Shown here: positions 15,069-24,921 of the stretch, piece by piece | Layout of the letters: every line of letters begins with the position of its first letter | Numbering within the stretch: position 1 is the stretch's first letter | Source of the DNA: Syntrophaceae bacterium | GTDB lineage: Bacteria > Desulfobacterota > Syntrophia > Syntrophales > PHBD01 | NCBI GenBank assembly: GCA_041310335.1 | Contig: JBFYXW010000027.1 | Coordinates: 1-63,142 of the forward strand | Length of the DNA: 63,142 nucleotides | Direction: 5' to 3' | The notes under the pieces: model-generated | The model's input: only the letters and a program-made list of their open reading frames with translations | What the model was told of the DNA's origin: nothing | Database searches by the model: none | Position numbers and translations under genes: made by a program

Positions 15069-15875
15069 TCAGAGTTTCACCAGCTCGACGTGGGCGATCG
15101 TCCGGCCGAGGAACCGCTCGGCCATGGTCTGGAAACGGAAGGGTACATCGGATACGTAGCAGGAATAGGACGGTTTCTCCCGGAGGGAGTTCCACAGGTG
15201 CAGTTCCGTCAGGAGGTTCGCCGCGACTTCCGCCATGGCCTCCCCCGAATCCACCAGGCGCACCTGGGGACCGGCGATCTTCTCCAGGAGGGGCTTCAGG
15301 AGCGGATAGTGGGTGCACCCCAGGACCAGGGTGTCCACATGCTCCGCCAGGACGGGCTTCAGGTATTCGTTCGCCGTCAGCCTCGTCACCGGGTGATCCA
15401 GCCAGCCCTCCTCCACGAGGGGCACGAAGAGCGGGCAGGCCTGGGAAAAGATGCGGGCCGCCGGATCCAGGGTGTGGATGGCCCGGGCGTAGGCATTGCT
15501 GTTCACGGTGGCGGGGGTGCCGATGACCCCGATGTGGCGGGAGCGGGTTTCGCGGACGGCGGACTTGGCGCCGGCTTCAATGACGTCCAGGACCGGCACG
15601 GGTGAGCGGCTGCGAACGGCCTCGCCGGCCACGGCGGCGACGGTGTTGCAGGCGATGATGACCACCTTGACCCCCTTCTTGAGAAGAAAATCCGTGATCT
15701 CAATGGCATACTGGGTCACCGTCTCGACGGACTTGACGCCGTAGGGCACCCGGGCCGTATCCCCGAAATAGACGATGTTCTCGAAGGGAAGCCGCTCCAT
15801 GAGGGCCCGGACCACCGTGAGCCCCCCCACGCCGGAGTCGAAGACGCCGATGGGCTGCTTTGCCATGTCTCCCAT
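15069..15875 (-). CDS. murI: Glutamate racemase
   Basis: PIGVFDSGVGGLTV, VIIACNTVAA (first Cys), LVLGCTHYPLL (second Cys). The layout is typical MurI. Confidence 0.95.
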   Translation of the reverse strand: MGDMAKQPIGVFDSGVGGLTVVRALMERLPFENIVYFGDTARVPYGVKSVETVTQYAIEITDFLLKKGVKVVIIACNTVAAVAGEAVRSRSPVPVLDVIEAGAKSAVRETRSRHIGVIGTPATVNSNAYARAIHTLDPAARIFSQACPLFVPLVEEGWLDHPVTRLTANEYLKPVLAEHVDTLVLGCTHYPLLKPLLEKIAGPQVRLVDSGEAMAEVAANLLTELHLWNSLREKPSYSCYVSDVPFRFQTMAERFLGRTIAHVELVKL

Positions 15876-15930
15876 GAACTCCTCCTCCCTGAAACGTTCC
15901 GTCTCTTCTTACCCCACGATGAAAGAAAAT

Positions 15931-17103
15931 TCAAACGCCCCGGTCGGGCTTCCGGCTGCCCCCGTAGAGCTCATACACGAGGAGGCGGCTCTCGATGTCC
16001 CCGTTCCAAAAGGGGATTCTCCGGCTCGTGCGGAGGCCGATCCGCTTGGCCAGGGCGAGGTTCCCGGTAAAGACGGCGCCCGCGTAGCCCTGGCAGGACT
16101 TCTTCAGGAAGTCCCCGATGCGGCTGTACAGGTCCTCCAGGACGGCCTCCTCCCCCAGGCGCTCCCCGTAGGGCGGGTTGAACACCACGAGCCCTCCCCC
16201 GGGGGGAACCTCCGTTCTCATGAAGTCGCCGGCGGAAAGGGAGATGTGCTCCTCCACCCCGGCCCGCCTCGCGTTCTGGCGGGCCGCCGCCACGGCCTCC
16301 CGGTCAATGTCGGTGGCGATGATCCGACCGGAAAAACTTCGCTTCGCTTCCTTCCGCGCCCGGCGGAGGAGGGCGTCCCACTCCTTCTCCGGAAAGCCCC
16401 GGATCGACATGAATCCGAAATGCTCCCGGAGGAGACCGGGGGCCCGGTTCAGGGCCATCAGGGCCCCCTCGACGGCCAGGGTGCCGCTGCCGCACATGGG
16501 GTTGACCAGGTTCCCCTCCCCCTTCCAGCCGGCGGCCATCAGGACCCCCGCTGCCAGGGTCTCCTGCATGGGCGCCGCCATGGGGATTTTCCGGTAGCCC
16601 CGCCGGGAGAGGGGCTCCCCGGAGGTGTGGAGGAAGACCTCCGCCCGACTGCCCTGCCAGTGAACGTGCACGACGGCCCCGGTGCGCTCGGGCCCCGAGT
16701 CGGGGCGGCGGCCCAGGCGGGCGGCCATGCGGTCCACGATGGCGTCCTTCGCCTTCAGGTTCACGAACCGGGAGTCGTTGATGGTGGGGTGGTTGACCGT
16801 GCAGGTCACCGTGAGGTAGCCGTCCTCGTGGAGGTACTCCTCCCAGGGCAGGTCCGTGATCCCTCCGTAGAGGCTGCCGGGGCCGTCGGCCGGGAGGGTC
16901 TTCAGGTGGTAGAGGACCCGGTGGGCCGTCCGGAGGCGGAGGTTCAGGCGCAGGGTGTCGGCGAGGGATCCCTCCGTTTCCACGGCCGTCTCCGTCTCGC
17001 CGCGGACGGGGAAACCCAGTCCGTTCACTTCGGCCAGGAGAAGGGGGACCATGCCCCGGGCGCAGGTGAGGACGATGCGGCGTGATTCCTTCCAGGGGTT
17101 CAT
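15931..17103 (-). CDS. THUMP-domain class I SAM-dependent RNA methyltransferase (RlmL/COG0116-like)
   Basis: ATG 17103 follows GGAGGG. MNPWKESRRIVLTCARGMV..., NPMCGSGTLAVEG SAM motif, VFNPPYGERL (NPPY). Confidence 0.85.
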   Translation of the reverse strand: MNPWKESRRIVLTCARGMVPLLLAEVNGLGFPVRGETETAVETEGSLADTLRLNLRLRTAHRVLYHLKTLPADGPGSLYGGITDLPWEEYLHEDGYLTVTCTVNHPTINDSRFVNLKAKDAIVDRMAARLGRRPDSGPERTGAVVHVHWQGSRAEVFLHTSGEPLSRRGYRKIPMAAPMQETLAAGVLMAAGWKGEGNLVNPMCGSGTLAVEGALMALNRAPGLLREHFGFMSIRGFPEKEWDALLRRARKEAKRSFSGRIIATDIDREAVAAARQNARRAGVEEHISLSAGDFMRTEVPPGGGLVVFNPPYGERLGEEAVLEDLYSRIGDFLKKSCQGYAGAVFTGNLALAKRIGLRTSRRIPFWNGDIESRLLVYELYGGSRKPDRGV

Positions 17104-17266
17104 GGTTTCCCTCCTATCACAACTCCCGGAAAAGGCAAAGCAAACCACGGCTTGCCGGGCCGCCGGGGACATATTTCCCCTTTCCATCGGGTCCCTCATC
17201 ATGTATAAGCAGGCCTTGTTTCAACACCTTGGCCGCTCCGGCGGCAGAACGGGAGGGAAAGAACCG

Positions 17267-18424
17267 ATGATCCGTCCGTTTACCTACACGGGAGCGAAAA
17301 AGATCGTCTTCGGCACGGGCTCCTTTCGTGCCCTGGCAGACCACATCCGGGAACTGGGGGGCACCCGGCCCCTGGTCGTCCTCGACCACGCGCTGGCGGA
17401 AGCGGGATTCCGGAAGACCGTGACGGGCCTTCTGGACGGAAGCGGCTTCCGCTACACCCTGTTTGACACCGTGGAGCCGGAGCCGGCCCTGGAGCGGGCC
17501 GACGAGGGCGCCAAGGCCGCCCGGGCGGGCAAGTGCGACCTCGTCGTGGGAATCGGCGGAGGCAGCGCCATGGACGTCGCCAAGGCCGTGGCCGCCGTGG
17601 CGGGCAACAAGGGAAAGGCCGTGGACTACCTGGGGCTGGGCAAGGTCCCCGGCCCGGGCCTTCGGACCATCATGGTCCCCACCACGGCCGGAACGGGCAG
17701 CGAGGTCACCTTCACGGCCGTTTTCGTCCGGAAGAACCTGAAGAAAAAGGAGGGGATGAACAGCCCCCACCTGTACCCCGACGTGGCCCTCCTGGACCCG
17801 CAGCTCACCCTCACCCTGCCCCCGAAAGCGACGGCCTCCACGGGGATCGACGCCCTCTGCCACGCCATCGAGTCCTACACCTCCGTCAACGCCTCGCCCA
17901 TGAGCGAGATGATCTCCCTGGAAGCCGTGGGCCTCATCGCCGAGAACCTGCGGACCTGCGTTCACAACGGCGGCGACATCGAGGCCCGGGAACAGATGCT
18001 CCTGGGGAGCCTCTACGCGGGCCTGGGCCTGGCCAACGCGGGCGTCACGGCGGTCCACTCCCTCTCGTACCCCCTGGGCGGCGCCTGGGGAATCCCCCAC
18101 GGGATGGCCAACACCCTGATGCTCCCCGCGGTCATGGCCTACAACCTCCCCGGCGCCGTGGAGAAGTTCGCCGTCCTCGCCGAGGTCATGGGGGAGGAGG
18201 TGGAGGGCATCTCGACTCGCGACGCCGCCACCCTGGCCCTGGACGCGGTGGAACGCCTCATCGAGGACTGCGGCCTGACGATGACCCTGGAGGAGTTCGG
18301 CATCGCCGAGAAGGACCTGCCGGCATTGGCGGACGTGGCCCTCACGGTGGCGCGGCCGCTGGCCAACAACCCCCGGAAGGTCACCCGGGAGGACGCCATC
18401 GGCATTTACCGGGAGGCGCTCTGA
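17267..18424 (+). CDS. Iron-containing (group III) alcohol dehydrogenase
   Basis: ATG 17267 follows GGGAGGG. Motifs: GIGGGSAMDVAKA, PTTAGTGSEVT, and His-rich metal site motifs CHAIESY and AVHSLSYPLGG..HG. Confidence 0.9.
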   Translation: MIRPFTYTGAKKIVFGTGSFRALADHIRELGGTRPLVVLDHALAEAGFRKTVTGLLDGSGFRYTLFDTVEPEPALERADEGAKAARAGKCDLVVGIGGGSAMDVAKAVAAVAGNKGKAVDYLGLGKVPGPGLRTIMVPTTAGTGSEVTFTAVFVRKNLKKKEGMNSPHLYPDVALLDPQLTLTLPPKATASTGIDALCHAIESYTSVNASPMSEMISLEAVGLIAENLRTCVHNGGDIEAREQMLLGSLYAGLGLANAGVTAVHSLSYPLGGAWGIPHGMANTLMLPAVMAYNLPGAVEKFAVLAEVMGEEVEGISTRDAATLALDAVERLIEDCGLTMTLEEFGIAEKDLPALADVALTVARPLANNPRKVTREDAIGIYREAL

Positions 18425-18469
18425 GAGCCCCGACCGGGAGCAATCCACATCAAGGATGGAGAAATACCC

Positions 18470-19672
18470 ATGTCCGGAATGGAACTGATCGGCAGCGAGG
18501 AAAAGAAGGAAATCCTGGACGTCCTGGAAACGGGCGTCTTCATGCGTTACGGCTTCGACCAGGAACGGAAGGGCGTCTTCAAGGTACACCAGTTCGAGGA
18601 GGAATTCGCCCGGCATCACGGCGCCGCGTACGCCCTGGGGGTCACCTCCGGGTCGGCGGCCCTGAAGGTGGCCCTGGAGGCCATGGGCGTGGGCCCCGGT
18701 GACGAGGTCATCGTCCCGGCTTTCACGTTCATCGCCACCTACGAGGCCGTCCTGGAGGCGGGGGCCATCCCCGTCGCCGCCGACATCGACGCGTCCCTGA
18801 ACCTGGATCCCGACGACATCGCCCGGAAGATGACCCCCTACACGAAGGCCGTCATCCCCGTCCACATGTGCGGCGCCCCGGCGGACATCGGCCGGATCCT
18901 GGAGGCCGCCCGGGTGCTCCAGCTGATGGTCTTGGAGGACAACGCCCAGTCCTGCGGCGGCAGCTTCCGGGGCAAGAAGCTGGGCACCTTCGGAGAGATG
19001 GGCATTTTCAGCCTGGATTATTACAAGACGCTCACCACCGGCGAGGGCGGGATGATCCTGACGGACCGGAAGGACCTCTACGACCGGGCCGACTGGTACC
19101 ACGACCACGGGCACGACCACAACCCAAAGGTCAGCCGGGCCATGGAGGGCCGCACCATCCTGGGCTTCAACTACCGGATGAACGAGCTGCAGGGGGCCCT
19201 GGGGCTCGCGCAGATCCGGAAGCTCGACTTCATCGTCGCGGAGCAGCGGAAAAACAAGTCCGCCGTGAAGGAGATCCTGGCGGGCGTTCCGGGCATCGGC
19301 TTCCGGGCGATCCCGGACCCGGCGGGGGACACGGCCACCCACCTGGCCTTCAACCTTCCCACGGCGGCGCAGGCGGAGGCCTTCCAGGCGGCCCTGGGCC
19401 AGGGTGGCGTGGACACGGTCTGCTTCCAGAAGAACAAGTGGCACTACCTGGCCAACTGGGAGCACCTCATCGCCTGGTCCACGGCCAACCCGAAGAGTTT
19501 CCCCTTCACGAACCCCATCTACCGGGGGAAGGTGGACTACAGCATCCGCCAGTACCCCCAGGCCCACGAGCTCCTGGGACGGACCCTGTTCCTGGGGCTC
19601 CCGATCCGGATGCCCGAGGGGAGGCTGGAGCAGATCCGGGCGGCGGTGCGGAAGGCGGCGGAGGCCCTGTGA
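18470..19672 (+). CDS. DegT/DnrJ/EryC1/StrS-family PLP-dependent aminotransferase
   Basis: GVTSGSAALKVAL, VIVPAFTFIAT, FSLDYYKTLTTGEGG (PLP Lys), NYRMNELQGALG. Confidence 0.9.
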   Translation: MSGMELIGSEEKKEILDVLETGVFMRYGFDQERKGVFKVHQFEEEFARHHGAAYALGVTSGSAALKVALEAMGVGPGDEVIVPAFTFIATYEAVLEAGAIPVAADIDASLNLDPDDIARKMTPYTKAVIPVHMCGAPADIGRILEAARVLQLMVLEDNAQSCGGSFRGKKLGTFGEMGIFSLDYYKTLTTGEGGMILTDRKDLYDRADWYHDHGHDHNPKVSRAMEGRTILGFNYRMNELQGALGLAQIRKLDFIVAEQRKNKSAVKEILAGVPGIGFRAIPDPAGDTATHLAFNLPTAAQAEAFQAALGQGGVDTVCFQKNKWHYLANWEHLIAWSTANPKSFPFTNPIYRGKVDYSIRQYPQAHELLGRTLFLGLPIRMPEGRLEQIRAAVRKAAEAL

Positions 19673-19738
19673 CACAGGCAGGCGGATGCGAAGTGAAGCG
19701 AGGCCTCCTGTGAGGGGGCGCGGAAGGGAGGAGCGGGC

Positions 19739-20731
19739 ATGATCGTCGTCACCGGCGGCGCCGGATTCATCGGCAGCGCCTTCGTGTGGAAGCTCAACGC
19801 CGAGGGGATCGAGGACATCGTCGTCGTGGACCGCCTGGGGACGTCGGAGAAGTGGAAGAACCTCGTGAACCGGCGGTTCGTCGAGTACATCCACAAGGAC
19901 GACTTCCTCAAGATGGTCTATGCCAACCAGGTCCCCTTCACCGTCCGGGCCGTGGTCCACATGGGGGCCTGCTCCTCCACGACGGAGCGCGACGCCGACT
20001 ACCTCTGGACGAACAACTACCTCTACTCCTGCCGCCTGGCCGACTGGGCCATCACCAACGGCGTCCGCTTCGTCTACGCCAGCTCCGCCGCCACCTACGG
20101 CGACGGCTCCCTGGGCTTCTCCGACGACGACGCCACCACGGCCCTCCTCCGGCCCGTCAACATGTACGGCTATTCGAAGCAGGTCTTCGACCTCTGGGCC
20201 CTCAAGCGCGGCGCCGACCGTCACATGGCGGGGCTGAAGTTCTTCAACGTCTTCGGCCCCAACGAGTACCACAAGGGGGACATGACGAGCGTCGTCTTCA
20301 AGGCCTTCCACCAGATCCGGGAAACCGGGAAGGTCCGGCTCTTCAAATCCTGCCGGTCCGAGTACGCCGACGGCGGCCAGATGCGGGACTTCGTCTACGT
20401 GAAGGACTGCGTGGAGGCGATGTGGTGGCTCCTGAACCACCCGGACGCCAACGGGATCTTCAACCTCGGGAGCGGGAAGGCCCGTACCTGGAACGACCTG
20501 ATGGCGGCGGTTTTCCGGGCCCTGGACCGGCCGGCGGCCATCGACTACATCGACATGCCGCCGGAGCTGGACGACCAGTACCAGTATTATACGGAAGCGA
20601 TGACTGAGAAACTCGCCGCGACGGGCTGCCCCGTCCCGTCCACCCCGCTGGAAGAGGCTGTAAAGGATTACGTGGTGAACCACCTCTCACAGCGCGACCC
20701 GCACCTGGGTCCGTGCTGTGCCATCCAGTGA
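19739..20731 (+). CDS. hldD: ADP-L-glycero-D-manno-heptose 6-epimerase
   Basis: MIVVTGGAGFIGS, GACSSTTERD, YASSAATYG, FFNVFGPNEYHKGDMTSVV, RDFVYVKD and GIFNLGSGKA match the E. coli HldD/RfaD pattern as I recall it. Confidence 0.9.
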   Translation: MIVVTGGAGFIGSAFVWKLNAEGIEDIVVVDRLGTSEKWKNLVNRRFVEYIHKDDFLKMVYANQVPFTVRAVVHMGACSSTTERDADYLWTNNYLYSCRLADWAITNGVRFVYASSAATYGDGSLGFSDDDATTALLRPVNMYGYSKQVFDLWALKRGADRHMAGLKFFNVFGPNEYHKGDMTSVVFKAFHQIRETGKVRLFKSCRSEYADGGQMRDFVYVKDCVEAMWWLLNHPDANGIFNLGSGKARTWNDLMAAVFRALDRPAAIDYIDMPPELDDQYQYYTEAMTEKLAATGCPVPSTPLEEAVKDYVVNHLSQRDPHLGPCCAIQ

Positions 20732-20734
20732 GCC

Positions 20735-21421
20735 ATGAGAACCCCCCTGGACAAGGCGAAGCGGGACCCGGAATCCACGAAAGCCCGGATCCTGAAGGTG
20801 GCCCGGAAGGTCTTCGGCGAATACGGCTATCACGGCGGAACGACGCGGATGATCGCCGAGGAGGTGGGGATCGACCTCTCCACCATCCATTACCACTGGG
20901 GCGAGAAGAAGGACCTCTACGAGGCGGTCGTCCTCGACATCAACAATGACCTGGGAAAGGCGCTCCAGAACGTGGAGATGCGGATTCACGGGCGCCCGCT
21001 GGACGAGCGCATGGAGATCGCCTTCGACATGATGACGGATTACCTGTTCGAGCACCCGGAAGTGTCGAACCTGATCCTCCTGAACTACTTCTCGAAGACG
21101 CGGATCGACTCCAGCCTGGACGTCGCGGTGCCCGAGTTCACCAGCGACATCGCCCGCTCCATGGGCCTCATGAAGGACAGGAAGCCGGCGTCCCCCCGGG
21201 CCATGCTGGAGGTCCTGATCGTCATGAACGCCGTCCACGGCGTCATCTCGGGGGAGAGCTTCTTCCTGAAGGTGCTGGACATCGACCGGGATGCCTACAC
21301 CCGCCTCGTCAAGGAAACCCTGAAGTTCGTCCTGATCCCCGCCTTCGTCGGCCGGGAAAGGACGGAGGGGCCGGAACGCAAAGGCGACGGAGGCCCGCCG
21401 TCGGGACCTTCCCGGCGGTGA
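20735..21421 (+). CDS. TetR/AcrR-family transcriptional regulator
   Basis: An N-terminal HTH, ARILKVARKVFGEYGYHGGTTRMIAEEVGIDLSTIHYHWG, is followed by a helical ligand domain. Confidence 0.85.
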   Translation: MRTPLDKAKRDPESTKARILKVARKVFGEYGYHGGTTRMIAEEVGIDLSTIHYHWGEKKDLYEAVVLDINNDLGKALQNVEMRIHGRPLDERMEIAFDMMTDYLFEHPEVSNLILLNYFSKTRIDSSLDVAVPEFTSDIARSMGLMKDRKPASPRAMLEVLIVMNAVHGVISGESFFLKVLDIDRDAYTRLVKETLKFVLIPAFVGRERTEGPERKGDGGPPSGPSRR

Positions 21422-21533
21422 TCTCCCGGACCCGGGCCCCCGGGGCTCACGGCCGGCGTCAGGTCCTCCCTTTCACCTCCCCCGTCCCCGGGGTCCCCGG
21501 GGTCCCCGCGCGCCCGTCCCACCCGGCACTCCG

Positions 21534-23201
21534 CTACGGCAGCCCCTGCATGAGCTTGCGCAGCTCCCGCTTGAGGACCTTCCCCACGGCGCTCATGGGC
21601 AGGGCGTCCATGAACCGGACGACCTTCGGCACCTTGTAGGGCGCCACCTTCTCCTTCATGTAGTTGACGATCGACTCCCGCATCGCCTCGTCCTTTTCCC
21701 TGCCCGGCTTGAGCACCACCGCGCAGGCGACGATCTCCGAGCCCGGCCGCTTCGGGTCCGGCAGGCCGATCGTCGCGGCGGTGTCGATGTCCGGATGCTC
21801 GATCAGCTTGTCGTCCACCTCGCGGGTGAACACCTTGAAGCCGGAGACGCTCACCATGTCCTTCAGCCGGTCGACGATGTAGAAGTACCCGTCGGAGTCC
21901 ATGACCGCCACGTCCCCCGTGTAGATCCAGCCGTCCCGGAGGGTGTGGGCGGTTTCCCCGGGCTTGTTGTGATACCCGAGGGAAAATACCTGGGGTCCCC
22001 GGGCGACCAGCTCCCCCGGCTCGCCCACGGCGGTGAGCTGCCCGGTGCCCGGGTCCACCAGCTTCACCTCCGTGTCGCTGATGGGCATGCCGACGGACCC
22101 GATCTTCTTCGTGCCCTCCAGGGGGAGGGCCACGATGATCGGGCTGGTCTCCGTCATGCCGCAAACCTCCACCAGTTTCCCCCGGCCGACGATCTCCTCG
22201 AACTCCCGGATGTTCTCCGCGGGAAAGGCCGAGGCGCCGCTGACGAAAAACTGGACTCCCGAGAAATCAAGGCGCCGGAACTCCTCCAGCTTCATCAGCT
22301 CGAGAAAGATGGTGGGCACGTTGACGATCACCGTCGGCCGGTACGTTTCGATGGCCTTCACGATGTACCCGAGGTCCCGCGGGTTGGGGATGGCCACCAG
22401 CGTCGTGCCCATGGCCAGGTTCCACAGGACGATGAAGTTCCCCGCCTGGTGGAACATGGGAAAGGCCGACAGGGCGATGTGCTCCCCCATCCGGAGCCCC
22501 ACCCAGGCGTTCAGCTGCACGATGTGGTGGACGATGTTGTTGTTCGTCAGGAGCGCCCCCTTCGGGGGTCCCGTCGTCCCGCCCGTGTACATCATCAGGC
22601 AGGGGGCCGCCGGGTCGACCGGCACGTCCACCGGATCGGCCGGCACGGCGCCGATGGCTTCCCGGAAGCCCGGCGTTTCGATCCCCTCGACGGGGGCGAC
22701 CGGTCCCTGGGGAACGTCCTGGGGAAGGTAGTCGAAGATGGAGGCCACGACCGCGACCTTGACGCCCGTCCGGTTCAGGACCTTGGCGACGGTGGGGTAG
22801 AGCAGGTCCACGGTGACGAGGACCTGCGCGCCCGAATCGTTGAGCTGGTAGACCAGCTCGTCGGCGGTCAGGAGCGGGCTCACCCCCGTGAAGACGCAGC
22901 CCGCCTTCTGGATGCCGGCGGAGGCGATGTAGGCGGCCGGGATGTTGGGCAGGTGGCAGCCGACCACGTCCCCGGGCCGGCAGCCCTTCCCGATGAGGAA
23001 GCGGGCGAACCGGTTCGAGAGTTCGTCCAACTCGGCGTAGGGGATGTCCCTTCCCATGTACTGGACGGCCACGCGGGAGGGGACTTCCCGAAACGCCTTC
23101 TTCAGCAGCTCGGCATAGGAAATCGAGGGGTATTCGAGTTTCTCGGGAACCGTCCTGTCGTAGTGTTTGAGCCAGGGCTTCGCCGCGTATGCGTCATCCA
23201 T
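21534..23201 (-). CDS. Long-chain-type (FadD-like) acyl-CoA ligase
   Basis: PWLKHYDRTVPEKLEYP N-terminus, MMYTGGTTGPPKGA, CGMTETSP, TGDVAVMDSDGYFYIVDR, GKVLKRELRK. GAAGGAGG SD. Confidence 0.9.
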   Translation of the reverse strand: MDDAYAAKPWLKHYDRTVPEKLEYPSISYAELLKKAFREVPSRVAVQYMGRDIPYAELDELSNRFARFLIGKGCRPGDVVGCHLPNIPAAYIASAGIQKAGCVFTGVSPLLTADELVYQLNDSGAQVLVTVDLLYPTVAKVLNRTGVKVAVVASIFDYLPQDVPQGPVAPVEGIETPGFREAIGAVPADPVDVPVDPAAPCLMMYTGGTTGPPKGALLTNNNIVHHIVQLNAWVGLRMGEHIALSAFPMFHQAGNFIVLWNLAMGTTLVAIPNPRDLGYIVKAIETYRPTVIVNVPTIFLELMKLEEFRRLDFSGVQFFVSGASAFPAENIREFEEIVGRGKLVEVCGMTETSPIIVALPLEGTKKIGSVGMPISDTEVKLVDPGTGQLTAVGEPGELVARGPQVFSLGYHNKPGETAHTLRDGWIYTGDVAVMDSDGYFYIVDRLKDMVSVSGFKVFTREVDDKLIEHPDIDTAATIGLPDPKRPGSEIVACAVVLKPGREKDEAMRESIVNYMKEKVAPYKVPKVVRFMDALPMSAVGKVLKRELRKLMQGLP

Positions 23202-23340
23202 ATCACCCTCCTTCTCGTTCCAGGAACCATGACGGGTTTGCAGGAATCGTAGACGCCTTGATCACGCCGGTGCGACGGAACCGCTTACGAAACGGTCGTG
23301 CGGACGGGGTCCGCTTCCAAAGAACCTCCGTGGTGCACGA

Positions 23341-24894
23341 TTACAGGTTTTCCTGTGCCTTGGCAAATTTTTCCACGAGGAGGAACTTCTGGACCTTCCC
23401 CGTGGGGGTCATGGGGAGGCCCTCCACGAAGAACACCCTTTTCGGGGCCTTGAAGTGGGCGATCCGGTCGCGGCTGAAGGCCACGATCTCCTCCTCCGTC
23501 GCCTCCTGGCCCGGCCGCCGGACGACGGCGGCGCAGACCATCTCGCCCCAGGTCTTGTCGGGCAGGCCGATGACGGCGCACTGCAGGACCGCCGGATGGC
23601 CCATGAGCATCTCCTCCACCTCGACGGCGAAGACGTTCTGGCCCCCCGTGATGATCATGTCCTTGATCCGCCCGGCCAGGTAGAGGAACCCCTCTTCGTC
23701 GAACCGCCCCAGGTCGCCGGTGTGGAACCAGCCGTCCCGGAACATCTCCCGGGTCTTCTCCTCGTTCCGGAAGTAACCCGAGGTCACCGCCACGCCCCGG
23801 CCGATGACCTCCCCCACCTCCCCGGTGGGCACATCCTTGCCGTGCATATCAACGACTCGCACGTCGGCCCCGAAATAGAGCGTGCCCACGGACTCGGGCT
23901 TCCGCTCCTTGTCCTTCGGCCCCATGTTGACGAGGATGCCGCTCTCCTGGAGGCCGTAAAACTCGTAGAGGTTGGGACAGAGCCGCTTCTTGACCTCTTC
24001 CTGGAGCGCCACGGGAAAGGGCGAGGCGGCGAAGACCAGGGCCCTGAGCGACGTGAGGTCGTACTTCTCGATGTCCGGGAGGGCCAGGACGAAGCTCGCC
24101 ATGGTGGGCACCCAGTTGGAGATGGTGACCTTCTCCTGCTGGATGACTCCCAGGATCTTCATGAGGTCGAACTGGTGGATGACGTTCCGGGCCCCGGCGA
24201 AAATCGAGCAGGCAGACCAGGCGAAGCCGACGCGGCCGAAGATGGGAAACACCGTCATGACGACATCCTGCGCCGTGACGTCATGCATGTACGTCAGGAT
24301 GGGTCCCGCGCCGGCGTTGTTGTACTGGGACAGCATGTAGGCCTTCGGCAGCCCCGTGGTCCCCGAGGTCAGGTTCAGGTACTGGGGATCCTCCTCTTGG
24401 ATATCCACGTCGGGCTCCTCCGGCGAGGACCGGAGGATCAGGTCTTCGTAGGAAACGGCGAATTCGGGGATCTCCTCCCCGTAGCAGACGAACCGCTTGA
24501 CCTTCGGGAGCTGCGGGCGCAGGTCCTGGACCTGTTTCGTGAAGGAGGCGTCGAAGATCAGGTTCTCCGTGTCGCAGAAACCCATCAGTTCGATCATCTC
24601 CTGGGGCGACAGGCGGTAGTTGAGGGGCAGGCCGACGCTGCCGATCTTGCCCAGGGCGAAGTAGGTCTCCACGATCTCGTGGCGGTTATAGGAAAGAAAG
24701 GCCGTGTTGTCGCCCTTGCGGACGCCCAGGTCCAATAGCCCGTTCGCCAGCCCGTTGACCCGCCGGTTGACCTGCCGGAAGGTGAGGCGCCGGCCCGTGG
24801 TCATGCAGCTGATCGCCTCCCGGTTGCCGTACCGCGCGGCGGCGACTTTCGTGTAATTGCCGATGGTGAAGCACCCCGTCGCTTTTCCCGCCAT
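23341..24894 (-). CDS. AMP-dependent acyl-CoA ligase
   Basis: LNLTSGTTGLPKA, FYGLQESG, TGDLGRFDEEGFLYLAGR, PTGKVQK. AAAGGAGGAGG SD. Confidence 0.9.
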   Translation of the reverse strand: MAGKATGCFTIGNYTKVAAARYGNREAISCMTTGRRLTFRQVNRRVNGLANGLLDLGVRKGDNTAFLSYNRHEIVETYFALGKIGSVGLPLNYRLSPQEMIELMGFCDTENLIFDASFTKQVQDLRPQLPKVKRFVCYGEEIPEFAVSYEDLILRSSPEEPDVDIQEEDPQYLNLTSGTTGLPKAYMLSQYNNAGAGPILTYMHDVTAQDVVMTVFPIFGRVGFAWSACSIFAGARNVIHQFDLMKILGVIQQEKVTISNWVPTMASFVLALPDIEKYDLTSLRALVFAASPFPVALQEEVKKRLCPNLYEFYGLQESGILVNMGPKDKERKPESVGTLYFGADVRVVDMHGKDVPTGEVGEVIGRGVAVTSGYFRNEEKTREMFRDGWFHTGDLGRFDEEGFLYLAGRIKDMIITGGQNVFAVEVEEMLMGHPAVLQCAVIGLPDKTWGEMVCAAVVRRPGQEATEEEIVAFSRDRIAHFKAPKRVFFVEGLPMTPTGKVQKFLLVEKFAKAQENL

Positions 24895-24921
24895 GTTCCC
24901 TCCTCCTTTCTGGTTGCCCGC

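Noticed and set aside
17117-20683. 1188-aa minus-strand ORF spanning the Fe-ADH, DegT and HldD region.
   Set aside because: It is antisense to three well-supported plus-strand genes. It is low-complexity (G/R/D/V/H/P rich) with no motifs.
21485-21507. Short tandem repeat TCCCCGGGG x2 and GC palindromes in the convergent spacer after the TetR gene.
   Set aside because: There are only two copies of 9 nt. This is not CRISPR-like (no spacers) and is too short to call. It may simply contribute to convergent termination.
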